From Bacillota bacterium (GTDB lineage Bacteria > Bacillota > Clostridia > Tissierellales > Sedimentibacteraceae): a stretch of 49,684 bases of DNA. This document shows positions 40,733 to 49,684 of the stretch, one piece after another. The DNA lies in NCBI GenBank assembly GCA_029239575.1, contig JARBUP010000001.1, positions 1 to 49,684 on the forward strand, read 5' to 3'. The stretch's first letter is position 1; every line of letters starts with the position of its first letter. The position numbers and the translations under genes were made by a program. The notes beneath the pieces were generated by a model. That model was given only the letters and a program-made list of their open reading frames with translations, made no database searches and was not told where the DNA came from.

Positions 40733-41494
40733 ATGAATGAAGTAATACAAAACTTAAAAACAATTAAAAATCAAGATTTATTTATTCAATATAATAAACA
40801 TAGGGATATTGAGATTAGAAATAAAATATTCGAAAAGTATAGATATATGCCCGAAATTATTTCTAAAAAGTATAACAATAAAGGTATTGAATATGATGAT
40901 ATTTATCAAATAGCTTGTGTTGGATTAATTTATGCCATAGAGAGATTTGATATTAATAGGGGCTTTGAGTTTACAAGCTTTGCAACACCAACTATATTAG
41001 GGGAAGTAAAAAAATACTTTCGCGATAAAGGTTGGGCTATTAAAATACCACGTAAAATCCAAGAGGTTTCTAAAAAAGTAAATGAGTACAGTATAACTTT
41101 AAGTAATGAACTTCACCGTACCCCTTCAATTAAAGAGTTAGCGGAATATATAAGTTGTACAGAAGAAGAAGTTTTAGAAGCATTTGAGGCAGGAAAAATG
41201 TTTACATCACAATCATTGGATTTAAAATTTGAATCTAATAGTGATGATAGTGAAACAACTTTAATGGATTTAGTGGGTTATGATGATAAACATTTTATGA
41301 AAATAGAAGATAATGATTTTATAAATAAATCACTTGATAAATTAAATGATTTAGAAAAACAAATTATAATAAGTAGATATTTTGAAAATAAAACTCAAAG
41401 TGAGATAGCTAAAGAATTAAATATATCACAAATGACAGTTTCAAGAATAGAAAAGAAAATTTTGGAAAAATTAAGAATTGAATATGAAAAATAA
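40733..41494 (+). CDS. sigB: SigB-type RNA polymerase sigma factor
   Basis: FATPTILGE-K-YFRDK-W-I--PR-IQE, TQ-EIA--L-ISQM-VSR. Confidence 0.85.
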   Translation: MNEVIQNLKTIKNQDLFIQYNKHRDIEIRNKIFEKYRYMPEIISKKYNNKGIEYDDIYQIACVGLIYAIERFDINRGFEFTSFATPTILGEVKKYFRDKGWAIKIPRKIQEVSKKVNEYSITLSNELHRTPSIKELAEYISCTEEEVLEAFEAGKMFTSQSLDLKFESNSDDSETTLMDLVGYDDKHFMKIEDNDFINKSLDKLNDLEKQIIISRYFENKTQSEIAKELNISQMTVSRIEKKILEKLRIEYEK

Positions 41495-41511
41495 ATTCAA
41501 TCGGAGGTTAT

Positions 41512-44331
41512 ATGAAGAATAAAAGCAAATATTTTATAATTGGTATTGTAATTATTTTGTTTTTAGTATTAAGTTCTTTTAGCGGTATAGTTAAGTATAT
41601 TACTGATTTTATGTGGTTTAATGAAGTTGGTTATACTCAAACTTTTTTAACAAAAATTAAATCTCAGTTTTTTATAGGGGTTCCTATTTTTATAATACTT
41701 ACAGTTTTTCTATATTTGTTTTTAAATAGGCTAAAGAAAAAATACTATGCAGAATCAGATATAATAGATACTGAACATGATAAAACAGTAAGATTTTGGA
41801 TTAAAATAATATCTGCAGCAATTAGTTTAGTAACAACTTTAAGTATTGTATCCAGATTGTGGTTTGAAATACTGCAGTACATAAATGCAGGAACTTTTAA
41901 CGTAACAGACCCTATTTTTAAAAATGACATAAGTTTTTATGTATTTAACTTACCATTAATAAATACATTAGTTAATTTTATAATAGACATTTTATTTATG
42001 CTTATAGTTGTAACTACTTCGTTTTATGCTTACTTAGCTTTAAGAAGCAGTATAAAAAGTGTTACTAATCAAATTGATAATATAACACAATTAAATCAAG
42101 TTGATTTTAGTAAAATATTAAATAAAAAATTTGCTACACAGGTTTTGAATAATATTTCTATAATAGGTTCTTTAATATTCATATTTATAGGAATTAGATT
42201 TTATTTAAGAAGCTATGATTTATTGTATTCACAAGTAGGTAGAGTCTTTGGTGCAGGATTTACAGATATTAATATAACATTAAATTTGTTTAGAATTCTT
42301 TCCATAGGATGTATAGTTTCAGCTATTACATTTTTTATAGGAGCAAGGAAAAAGAATATTAAATATGCTTTAACTTTACCTGCAAGTTTAATTGTTATTT
42401 CAGTAATTGGTACTGGTTTAAGCGGTGGAATTGAAAAGTTTATAGTTGAACCAGATCAATTATCTAAAGAAACTGAATATATGAAATATAGCATAAGCAG
42501 TACACAAAAGGCTTATGGATTGGATACAGTTCAAAAAATACAATTTCCTGCTGAAGATAATTTAACTAAAGAAGATATTGAAAATAATAGTGAAGTTATT
42601 GAAAATATAAGAATTAATGATCAAGAACCATTAATTCAAGTTTATAATCAATTACAAGGTATAAGACCTTATTATGTGTTCAATGATGTTGATGTTGATA
42701 GATATGTTATAAATGGACAATACAAACAGGTTTTCTTGTCTGCAAGGGAATTAGATCATAATAGACTTAATGAACAAGCAAAAACATGGGTTAATCAATA
42801 TTTAAAATATACTCATGGTTATGGTATAACTTTATCTCCTGTAGATAGAGTTACAGCACAAGGCCAGCCAGAAATGATTATAAAAAACATACCACCAACC
42901 ACTTCTACTGATATAAAATTAAGTAGGCCAGAAATATATTTTGGTGAATCTGCTAATGATTATGTAATTTTAAATACAGATGAAAAGGAATTTGATTATC
43001 CTTCAGGTTCTGATAATGTTGAAACTGTTTATAATGGAAAAGCAGGAATAAAATTAAATTTAATTAATAGATTACTTTTCTCAATTAGAGAAGCAAGTAC
43101 AAAATTATTAATTTCAACTAATATAAATTCTGAAAGTAAAATTGTTATAAACAGAAATATATATCAAAGAGTTGAAGAAATTGCCCCATTTTTATATTAT
43201 GACCCAGATGCTTATATAGTTTCAAATCAAGAAGATGGTAAATTATATTGGATTATAGAAGGATTTACAGTTAGTAACAGATATCCTTATTCAATGGCAA
43301 CAGAAAACTTTATTGAAGGTATGAAAGTAAATTACATAAGAAATTCAGTTAAAGTTGTTATAGATGCATATGATGGATCAATTAATTATTATATTACTGA
43401 TGGAACTGACCCTATAATTAATACTTACGATAAAATATTTACAGATTTGTTTAAACCAATGAGTGAAATGCCTCAAGGGATAAAAGATCATATTAGATAT
43501 TCACAATCATATTTTGACATTCAATCCGATTTATATAGATTATATCATATTGAAAATCCAACAGTATTTTTTGGAAGAGAAGATTATTGGGATTTTTCAA
43601 AAGAAAAATATATGGATAGAGAAGGGGATGCTGTAGGATCAAGTTATGTTATGTTTAAACTACATGGAGAAGAAGATGTTGAATTTTTACTTACAACACA
43701 ATATTCACCACAAAATAAAGATAACATGATAGCTATGCTTGCTGCACGAAATGATGGTGAAAATTATGGTGAATTAATTTTATATGAATTTCCAAAAACA
43801 AAAAGTATACCAGGACCAAATATGATCGAAACTAAAATTGACCAAGATACTTTTATTTCATCTCAATTAACTCTCTGGGGTCAGGCAGGATCATCCATAT
43901 TAAGGGGAAATACACTTGTAGTTCCTATAGAAGATTCACTATTATATGTTGAACCTATTTATTTAAAATCTGATACTGCAAGCAACTTCCCAGAAATGAA
44001 AATGGTTGTTGTTTCATATGCAAATGAAATAATTATGGAAACAACACTTGATAAAGCATTAAAAAGAATTTTTGGTACTGAAGAAGATAAAGAAGAATTA
44101 CCAGAGCCACAAATCCCTGGTGGTATTGCAAATCAAACAGTTAATGAATTAGTAACTTCTGCAAATGAATTGTATAAAAAAGCAGATGAATCATTGAAAA
44201 GCGGTGATTGGGCTTCATATGGTAATTATATAAATCAATTAAAAGATACATTGAACCAATTAAATACAATTATAAATAATGGTACAGTAAATAACCAAAC
44301 ACAAACAACTGAAGAACAAACAGCACAATAA
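41512..44331 (+). CDS. UPF0182 family membrane protein
   Basis: D--WF-EVGY, DPIF--D-SFY-F-LP, D-DRY, YTHGYG, NYIRNSVK--IDAY-G, LLYVEPIY. Confidence 0.92.
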   Translation: MKNKSKYFIIGIVIILFLVLSSFSGIVKYITDFMWFNEVGYTQTFLTKIKSQFFIGVPIFIILTVFLYLFLNRLKKKYYAESDIIDTEHDKTVRFWIKIISAAISLVTTLSIVSRLWFEILQYINAGTFNVTDPIFKNDISFYVFNLPLINTLVNFIIDILFMLIVVTTSFYAYLALRSSIKSVTNQIDNITQLNQVDFSKILNKKFATQVLNNISIIGSLIFIFIGIRFYLRSYDLLYSQVGRVFGAGFTDINITLNLFRILSIGCIVSAITFFIGARKKNIKYALTLPASLIVISVIGTGLSGGIEKFIVEPDQLSKETEYMKYSISSTQKAYGLDTVQKIQFPAEDNLTKEDIENNSEVIENIRINDQEPLIQVYNQLQGIRPYYVFNDVDVDRYVINGQYKQVFLSARELDHNRLNEQAKTWVNQYLKYTHGYGITLSPVDRVTAQGQPEMIIKNIPPTTSTDIKLSRPEIYFGESANDYVILNTDEKEFDYPSGSDNVETVYNGKAGIKLNLINRLLFSIREASTKLLISTNINSESKIVINRNIYQRVEEIAPFLYYDPDAYIVSNQEDGKLYWIIEGFTVSNRYPYSMATENFIEGMKVNYIRNSVKVVIDAYDGSINYYITDGTDPIINTYDKIFTDLFKPMSEMPQGIKDHIRYSQSYFDIQSDLYRLYHIENPTVFFGREDYWDFSKEKYMDREGDAVGSSYVMFKLHGEEDVEFLLTTQYSPQNKDNMIAMLAARNDGENYGELILYEFPKTKSIPGPNMIETKIDQDTFISSQLTLWGQAGSSILRGNTLVVPIEDSLLYVEPIYLKSDTASNFPEMKMVVVSYANEIIMETTLDKALKRIFGTEEDKEELPEPQIPGGIANQTVNELVTSANELYKKADESLKSGDWASYGNYINQLKDTLNQLNTIINNGTVNNQTQTTEEQTAQ

Positions 44332-44333
44332 AG

Positions 44334-44371
44334 AAAAGGCAAATCTGAATAAAAACAGATTTGCCTTTTTT
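44334..44371. terminator. Bidirectional terminator
   Basis: AAAAGGCAAATCTG/CAGATTTGCCTTTT stem with U-tracts on both strands. Confidence 0.9.
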
Positions 44372-44413
44372 ATATTATTTAATTGATAATAGAATTATTA
44401 TTTTATATAAAAT

Positions 44414-45745
44414 TTATTTAACTATATTTTTATTGTTTTTATTATAAAAAACTACCGCCAATATAACAATTGCTATACAGAAACTAATGTAGTAAATGAA
44501 AAGTGGATTTTGCATACCACCATAAAGTATAAATAAAGATCCAAGTATAGCTAAAACAGGTACTATATAACCTTTTAATTTATTTTTAATTTCACCTTTT
44601 GCAGTTAATTTTATAACTGATATATATAATAAAATAAATCCAAGATAATTTAATACTATTGATATTTCTGATATATCTGAATTAGGTAAAAGGTTATATT
44701 TTTGAGTTATATAATGGATTACCATCCATAATAGTGTTATAAAATAAGTCAATATGCCGGAATTAACAGGAACGCTGTATTTTTCTGAAACAGAATCATA
44801 TTTACTACTACCTGGGAACATATTTCTAATAGACAATGCATATGGAAGTCTTATTAAACCTATTATTAAACCATTGACTGTTCCTATTACCGAAATGACA
44901 ACAAAGGTCAAAACCGCTTTTGCACCTAATGAACCAAAAATTCCAATGGCAGCTTCATTAACGTGTGAATCGCCTAATAATATAATTTTTTCTGGTCCTA
45001 AATAAGTTGAAATACCTACGAAATATAAAACATAAATCAATAAAATAATTATAGGAGAAATTACTAATGCAATTGGAAGATTTCTTTTGCTATTTTTAAT
45101 TTCATGGCCTATTGATGTAGAAACTATCCAACCATCAAAAGAAAATGCTATAGGAGCAATGGCTGCTACCCAACCTGTTCCACCTATTGTACTTAAGCTT
45201 TCTTGTATAACAGGTTTTGGGTCACCGAAAGCTAAACCTAAAAATGCGATTAAAATCAGTGGGATTAATTTTATTATAGTAGAAGCATTTTGTAAATAAC
45301 CACCAAATTTGTAAGATAAAATGTTTATTAAAAACAAAATGGTCATTACTACAGTACCTATTATAACTTGTAACTCAAGAGTTGATTCTATACCAAATAA
45401 AATCGTCGTATAAATTCCTATAACCCATGCAACAATGGCTGTTATAGTTGGTAAGTATACAAGAGTCTGGAACCATCCAAATGCACAAGCTACTGATTTG
45501 TTCCAAAATTCTTCAGCATACGTAATGACCCCTCCAGCTTCATCTGTTCGTGATGCAAGTTCTGAAATAGCAAGACTACCAAAAATTATGCTAAATGCTG
45601 CAATAATAAATACTAAAACTCCTTGAATTATATTGCCATTTGTATAAATTAATACGTTATCACTTTTAAAAAATATTCCTGAACCGATTACGATACCTAC
45701 TATCATTGCAATAGTAGTAAATAAACTATATTTACGTTCTATCAT
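44414..45745 (-). CDS. APC-family amino acid permease
   Basis: VG-VIGSGIF, AGG---YA, F-FDGW, E-KN-KRNLP; multiple TM helices. Confidence 0.9.
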   Translation of the reverse strand: MIERKYSLFTTIAMIVGIVIGSGIFFKSDNVLIYTNGNIIQGVLVFIIAAFSIIFGSLAISELASRTDEAGGVITYAEEFWNKSVACAFGWFQTLVYLPTITAIVAWVIGIYTTILFGIESTLELQVIIGTVVMTILFLINILSYKFGGYLQNASTIIKLIPLILIAFLGLAFGDPKPVIQESLSTIGGTGWVAAIAPIAFSFDGWIVSTSIGHEIKNSKRNLPIALVISPIIILLIYVLYFVGISTYLGPEKIILLGDSHVNEAAIGIFGSLGAKAVLTFVVISVIGTVNGLIIGLIRLPYALSIRNMFPGSSKYDSVSEKYSVPVNSGILTYFITLLWMVIHYITQKYNLLPNSDISEISIVLNYLGFILLYISVIKLTAKGEIKNKLKGYIVPVLAILGSLFILYGGMQNPLFIYYISFCIAIVILAVVFYNKNNKNIVK

Positions 45746-45859
45746 ATTATCACCTTTTTATTATTTTTTAGTGCTTGTAGTATATTACTAAATAAGACAA
45801 ATTACAAGACAAATTTGTTTTTAATATAAAAACAATTTATAAAAATATTAAGTAAAAAA

Positions 45860-45888
45860 TTGACAATTTAGTCATATTAAATTAAAAT
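45860..45888 (+). promoter_or_regulatory. SigA promoter of VOC gene
   Basis: TTGACA-17-TAAAAT. Confidence 0.65.
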
Positions 45889-45918
45889 TGTTTTAAATAC
45901 TATTATAGAGAGGTTATT

Positions 45919-46287
45919 ATGAAATTTAAATTCAATCATTTTAATTTTAATGTACTTGATTTACAAAAAAGTATGGATTTTTACAAGGAATCCTTAGGAT
46001 TAATAGAAGTAAAAAGAAAAGAAGCAGCAGATGGCAGTTTTATTTTAGTATATTTAGGAGATAAAGAATCAGATTTTACTTTAGAATTAACATGGTTAAA
46101 AGAAAGAACTGAAAAATATGATCTTGGAGATATGGAATACCACCTTGCTTTTTTAGTAGATAATTATGAAGAAGCATACAAAAAACATATGGAAATGGGT
46201 TGTATCGCATTTGTAAATGAATCAATGGGTATTTACTTTATAACAGATCCTGATGGATATTGGATAGAGATAGTTCCTATAAGATAA
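45919..46287 (+). CDS. VOC family protein (lactoylglutathione lyase-like)
   Basis: H---NV-DL--S--FY---LG, LELT, HLAF, FI-DPDGY-IE. Confidence 0.88.
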   Translation: MKFKFNHFNFNVLDLQKSMDFYKESLGLIEVKRKEAADGSFILVYLGDKESDFTLELTWLKERTEKYDLGDMEYHLAFLVDNYEEAYKKHMEMGCIAFVNESMGIYFITDPDGYWIEIVPIR

Positions 46288-46300
46288 TTATATAATATGT

Positions 46301-46332
46301 AAAGTCAGACAATATTTTTGTCTGATTTTTTT
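46301..46332 (+). terminator. Intrinsic terminator
   Basis: TCAGACAA/TTGTCTGA stem followed by a T run. Confidence 0.85.
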
Positions 46333-46355
46333 ATATAAATTATAATAATGTAACA

Positions 46356-46384
46356 TTTACAACATACTAAATGTAATATATAAT
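46356..46384 (+). promoter_or_regulatory. SigA promoter of the ATPase gene
   Basis: TTTACA-17-TATAAT. Confidence 0.55.
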
Positions 46385-46460
46385 GCAAAATATAGATATT
46401 GATAATTACAATTGTTGAGCTATATAAACATATGAAAAAATATAATTATTTGGAGTAAAG

Positions 46461-49040
46461 ATGACTAATAAAGATATTAAAATAGTTGTAACAGGGGATA
46501 TAACTATCAATTTATTGCAATGGAAAACATATATAAGCAATATAAAAGAATACAGTTATAAAACATATCCGCAATTTCATAGAAACATAAAACTTGGTGA
46601 AGACTTTATTTTATCTAAACTTGTTGAATTATCTACTGAAGCAAATATTATTTCGCCGAAAATAATATTTGAAAACAATAGAATAAATGAGGACAGTATA
46701 GTTTCTACTGTTGAATTAAATTTATTTCCTATGATTAGCGGTAAAAATAATAAAAATAAGGTATATAGGGTAAAAGAATTTCTTGGATTTACTGGACCTG
46801 ATATTGGAATTCCAAAACAATACCCTATAATAAATGATGATTCTGAAGCTGATATAATAATTTTAGATGATGAGAACAATGGTTTTAATAATAGCGAAGA
46901 GTTTTGGCCTAAAGCCTTAAAAACAAAAGATAAATCCCCATTAATTATTTATAAAACTAATAACCTTGGAGAATCAAACAGCCTTTGGAACCATATTGAG
47001 AAAAATCATCTAAATAAAACTATTGTAGTAATCAATGCAGATGATTTGCGTTCAAAAGGTGTTAATATAAGCAAAAGGCTATCATGGGAAAGAACAGCTT
47101 TAGATTTTGTTTGGCAGATGAATAATAATCCAAACTTAGTTTCACTTTCTAAATGCAACCATTTAATAATTCCATTTGGTGTTGAAGGTGCAATACATTA
47201 TAAAAATAAAGGTAAGTCTGAATCAGAATTATATTTTCTTACATATGAGTTTGAAGGCGGATTTATTAAAGAAGAACAAGGTAAAATGTATGGTCTCACA
47301 TCTTGTTTTGTAGCAGGTCTTGTTAAAAACATTGTATCAGGTATCATAGGCAATGATAATTTGGACAGTTACATAAGTGAAGGAATACGTGAAGGCATTG
47401 TTGCTGCACAAAAATACTTCATTCATGGTTTTGGGAATAATGTTCTTAATTGCAGTTTTCCTGATCCTTCAATATTTACTGAAAAGGAAAATGACTTTAT
47501 TTATAAGGAGCATATACAGAATGTAAATATTAGAAATACAAAAAATTTAAATTGCAGGTCATGTTGGTACATCATTAAAGACAAAAATTCTTTTAACTTG
47601 GCGGAAATTGCATATGAAATAGTAAAATATGGAGAAAAAAGTGCACTTAAATTCATGCCAATAGCACAGTTTGGAAATTTGAAAACAGTGGACAGAACGG
47701 AAATAGAAGGTTATAGAAGTATCAATAATTTAATGTCAGAATATATTTCATCTAAAAACACTGTAAGACCATTATCAATTGCAGTTTTTGGAACACCTGG
47801 CTCAGGAAAGTCATTTGGAGTAACGGAAGTAGCATCAAGCATAGCTCCTAATTTAATTAAGAAATTAGATTATAATTTATCCCAATTTCAATCTGTTGAT
47901 GATTTAATAGCTGCATTTCATAAAGTTAGGGATTATACACTTAAAGGAAGAATTCCATTAGTGTTTTTTGATGAATTTGATAGTTATTTTGGTAAAAAAT
48001 TAGGATGGCTTAAATATTTCCTTGCACCTATGCAGGATGGGGTGTTTAGAGAGGGGGATGCTTTACATCCAATTGGTAAGGCAATATTTGTTTTTGCAGG
48101 TGGAACTAGCAATACATTTAAAAAATTCAGTGGTGAAGATATAATAAGTGAGGATGAAAAAATAGAATTCCTTAGTGAGTTTCAAAACTCTAAGGGACCA
48201 GATTTCATAAGCAGATTAAGAGGTTATGTGAACATATTAGGGCCTAATCAAACTGATGAAAACTGGGATCAATTATTTATTATTAGAAGAGCAATGCTTT
48301 TGAGATCTCTCCTTGAAAGGAAAATGCCTCATTTAATCAATTTAAATGATGAAGCTCAAATTGATAATGGAGTTTTAAGGGCTCTTTTAAAAATTTCAAA
48401 ATATAAGCATGAATCAAGATCGATGGAAGCAATTTTAGAAATGAGTATGTTAAATGATGCTAAAAAGTGGGAGCAAGCCCATCTGCCTTCAAAGGAGCAA
48501 TTAAAGCTACATGTGAATGAAGAGCAGTTTTCTCGCCTTTTGATGCAGGAAGAATTCTATAGTGAAAAGGTTGAAAAGCTTGCCAAAGATCTTCAAAAAA
48601 CACACATAAATATTAATAATGATTTAAAAGATCATATAATTAAAGATTGTAAAGACATTAGTGAGGAAGATAAAATTTATATACAGCATCAAGTAAGGCA
48701 TATCCCAAAGGCTTTACAAAAAGTTAATTATGAGGTTATATCTGTTAATGAAAAACCTGAATCTATTAAATTCACTGAAAAGGAATTAGATATTCTTGCA
48801 GAATATGAACATAAAAGAAGCTCCCTTGAAAAAAAGGAATCAGAATGGGTATATGACAAAACTTTAGATGTTGAAAATAAAAAACAGCCTTATCTATTGT
48901 CTTATGATAAATTGCCTGATGGATATAAGAATAAAATTAAAAATTATATAAGTGCATGGCCAGAAATTTTAGCTAATTCTAATTTTAAAATAGAAAGATT
49001 AAAATTTCTATGTAATTGTGAATCACAACTTTATATGTAG
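46461..49040 (+). CDS. P-loop (AAA-like) ATPase with C-terminal RyR-like repeats
   Basis: Walker A GTPGSGKS, Walker B VFFDEFD; C-terminal LAEYEHKR...WVY----D---K-QPYL--YD-LP resembles the RyR repeat pattern. Confidence 0.75.
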   Translation: MTNKDIKIVVTGDITINLLQWKTYISNIKEYSYKTYPQFHRNIKLGEDFILSKLVELSTEANIISPKIIFENNRINEDSIVSTVELNLFPMISGKNNKNKVYRVKEFLGFTGPDIGIPKQYPIINDDSEADIIILDDENNGFNNSEEFWPKALKTKDKSPLIIYKTNNLGESNSLWNHIEKNHLNKTIVVINADDLRSKGVNISKRLSWERTALDFVWQMNNNPNLVSLSKCNHLIIPFGVEGAIHYKNKGKSESELYFLTYEFEGGFIKEEQGKMYGLTSCFVAGLVKNIVSGIIGNDNLDSYISEGIREGIVAAQKYFIHGFGNNVLNCSFPDPSIFTEKENDFIYKEHIQNVNIRNTKNLNCRSCWYIIKDKNSFNLAEIAYEIVKYGEKSALKFMPIAQFGNLKTVDRTEIEGYRSINNLMSEYISSKNTVRPLSIAVFGTPGSGKSFGVTEVASSIAPNLIKKLDYNLSQFQSVDDLIAAFHKVRDYTLKGRIPLVFFDEFDSYFGKKLGWLKYFLAPMQDGVFREGDALHPIGKAIFVFAGGTSNTFKKFSGEDIISEDEKIEFLSEFQNSKGPDFISRLRGYVNILGPNQTDENWDQLFIIRRAMLLRSLLERKMPHLINLNDEAQIDNGVLRALLKISKYKHESRSMEAILEMSMLNDAKKWEQAHLPSKEQLKLHVNEEQFSRLLMQEEFYSEKVEKLAKDLQKTHININNDLKDHIIKDCKDISEEDKIYIQHQVRHIPKALQKVNYEVISVNEKPESIKFTEKELDILAEYEHKRSSLEKKESEWVYDKTLDVENKKQPYLLSYDKLPDGYKNKIKNYISAWPEILANSNFKIERLKFLCNCESQLYM

Positions 49041-49222
49041 TTATAATTTTTTTAGTGTTTAGGGGTAAGTTTAAAATAAATTTGCCCTTATATATTAAAT
49101 TATGAAGTATTTGAACTATTTTATATTCTTTTTATTTATTTCACTTATAACATTAGTATATATAGAATTTATATGACATGCTGATTAAACTTCTAAGGGT
49201 AAAAAAATAAAAACAAAAATGC

Positions 49223-49491
49223 TTGACATTAAAAAACAAGTATGGTAAAGTAATGTTCCTGTCGCAAAAGGCAGGTTTAAAAATATAAGAAATAAAGGGT
49301 TGACAATATCAAATAGATATGATAAACTCACTAAACTATCTCTAAGGGGTAGCAAGAAAAAAATAAGTAAAAATATAGTTGACAGAAATAAGTAAGTATG
49401 GTATACTTTCATTCCTGTCACAAACGACAGAAAAAAATAAAAAAAATAAGTAAAAAAAACACTTGACAAATATCGACAAACACGATATACT
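49223..49491 (+). promoter_or_regulatory. Four tandem SigA promoters of rRNA operon
   Basis: TTGACA at 49223, 49300, 49379, 49463, each with a 17-nt spacer to TAAAGT, TAAACT, TATACT, TATACT. Confidence 0.9.
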
Positions 49492-49641
49492 AATTAAGCT
49501 CTCAAAAAGAGCGATACAAAAAAAGTGAACATAGACAATAAAACAGCATAAGAAACCTTTGAAAGTTCTAAATTAAATTTGAACAAAAAAAGTAAAACAA
49601 CAACAATGAAGCTAAGCGTAAGCTTGAGCGTCAGGAAAATA

Positions 49642-49684
49642 TTAAACGAGAGTTTGATCCTGGCTCAGGACGAACGCTGGCGGC
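49642..49684 (+). rRNA. rrs: 16S rRNA, 5' end (truncated by window)
   Basis: AGAGTTTGATCCTGGCTCAGGACGAACGCTGGCGGC from 49649. Confidence 0.98.

Noticed and set aside
49185-49469. 94-aa - strand ORF
   Set aside because: Antisense translation of the A-rich rRNA promoter array.

Overview
Low-GC Bacillota (Clostridia/Tissierellia-like; taxon inferred from gene content only) chromosomal window spanning the replication origin. Left replichore (mostly - strand): 3' end of helD, a LarA-family racemase directly behind tRNA-Gly(CCC), hutG, polysaccharide deacetylase, a 94-aa YDNR-repeat protein, pyrBIFKDE with two PyrR-type sites, a MATE pump, DUF951/yedF/cvpA/csd-like genes, an orphan pyrC, a four-subunit [FeFe]-hydrogenase operon with a Rex-like box on its promoter, then parB-parA-noc-rsmG-mnmG-mnmE-jag-yidC-yidD-rnpA-rpmH. 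A bipartite oriC flanks dnaA. Right replichore: dnaA-dnaN-yaaA-recF-gyrB-gyrA, rsbV-rsbW-like-sigB-UPF0182, an APC permease, a VOC protein, a stand-alone 859-aa P-loop ATPase with RyR-like C-terminal repeats, four tandem rRNA promoters and the start of a 16S gene. Most of the window is core genome; I saw no CRISPR array, prophage or transposase. Best candidates for undescribed biology: (1) a SigB module whose anti-sigma factor has lost the GHKL kinase motifs and which is coupled to a UPF0182 membrane protein; (2) the RyR-domain ATPase; (3) a 170-bp long hairpin element. Smaller oddities: GyrB EGNSA (D426N-equivalent), an apparent ATA start for yidD, TTATCAACA-type DnaA boxes plus a thrice-repeated ATCTAGATTTTT origin motif, and REP-like repeats. 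All family calls are by motif recognition, not database search.
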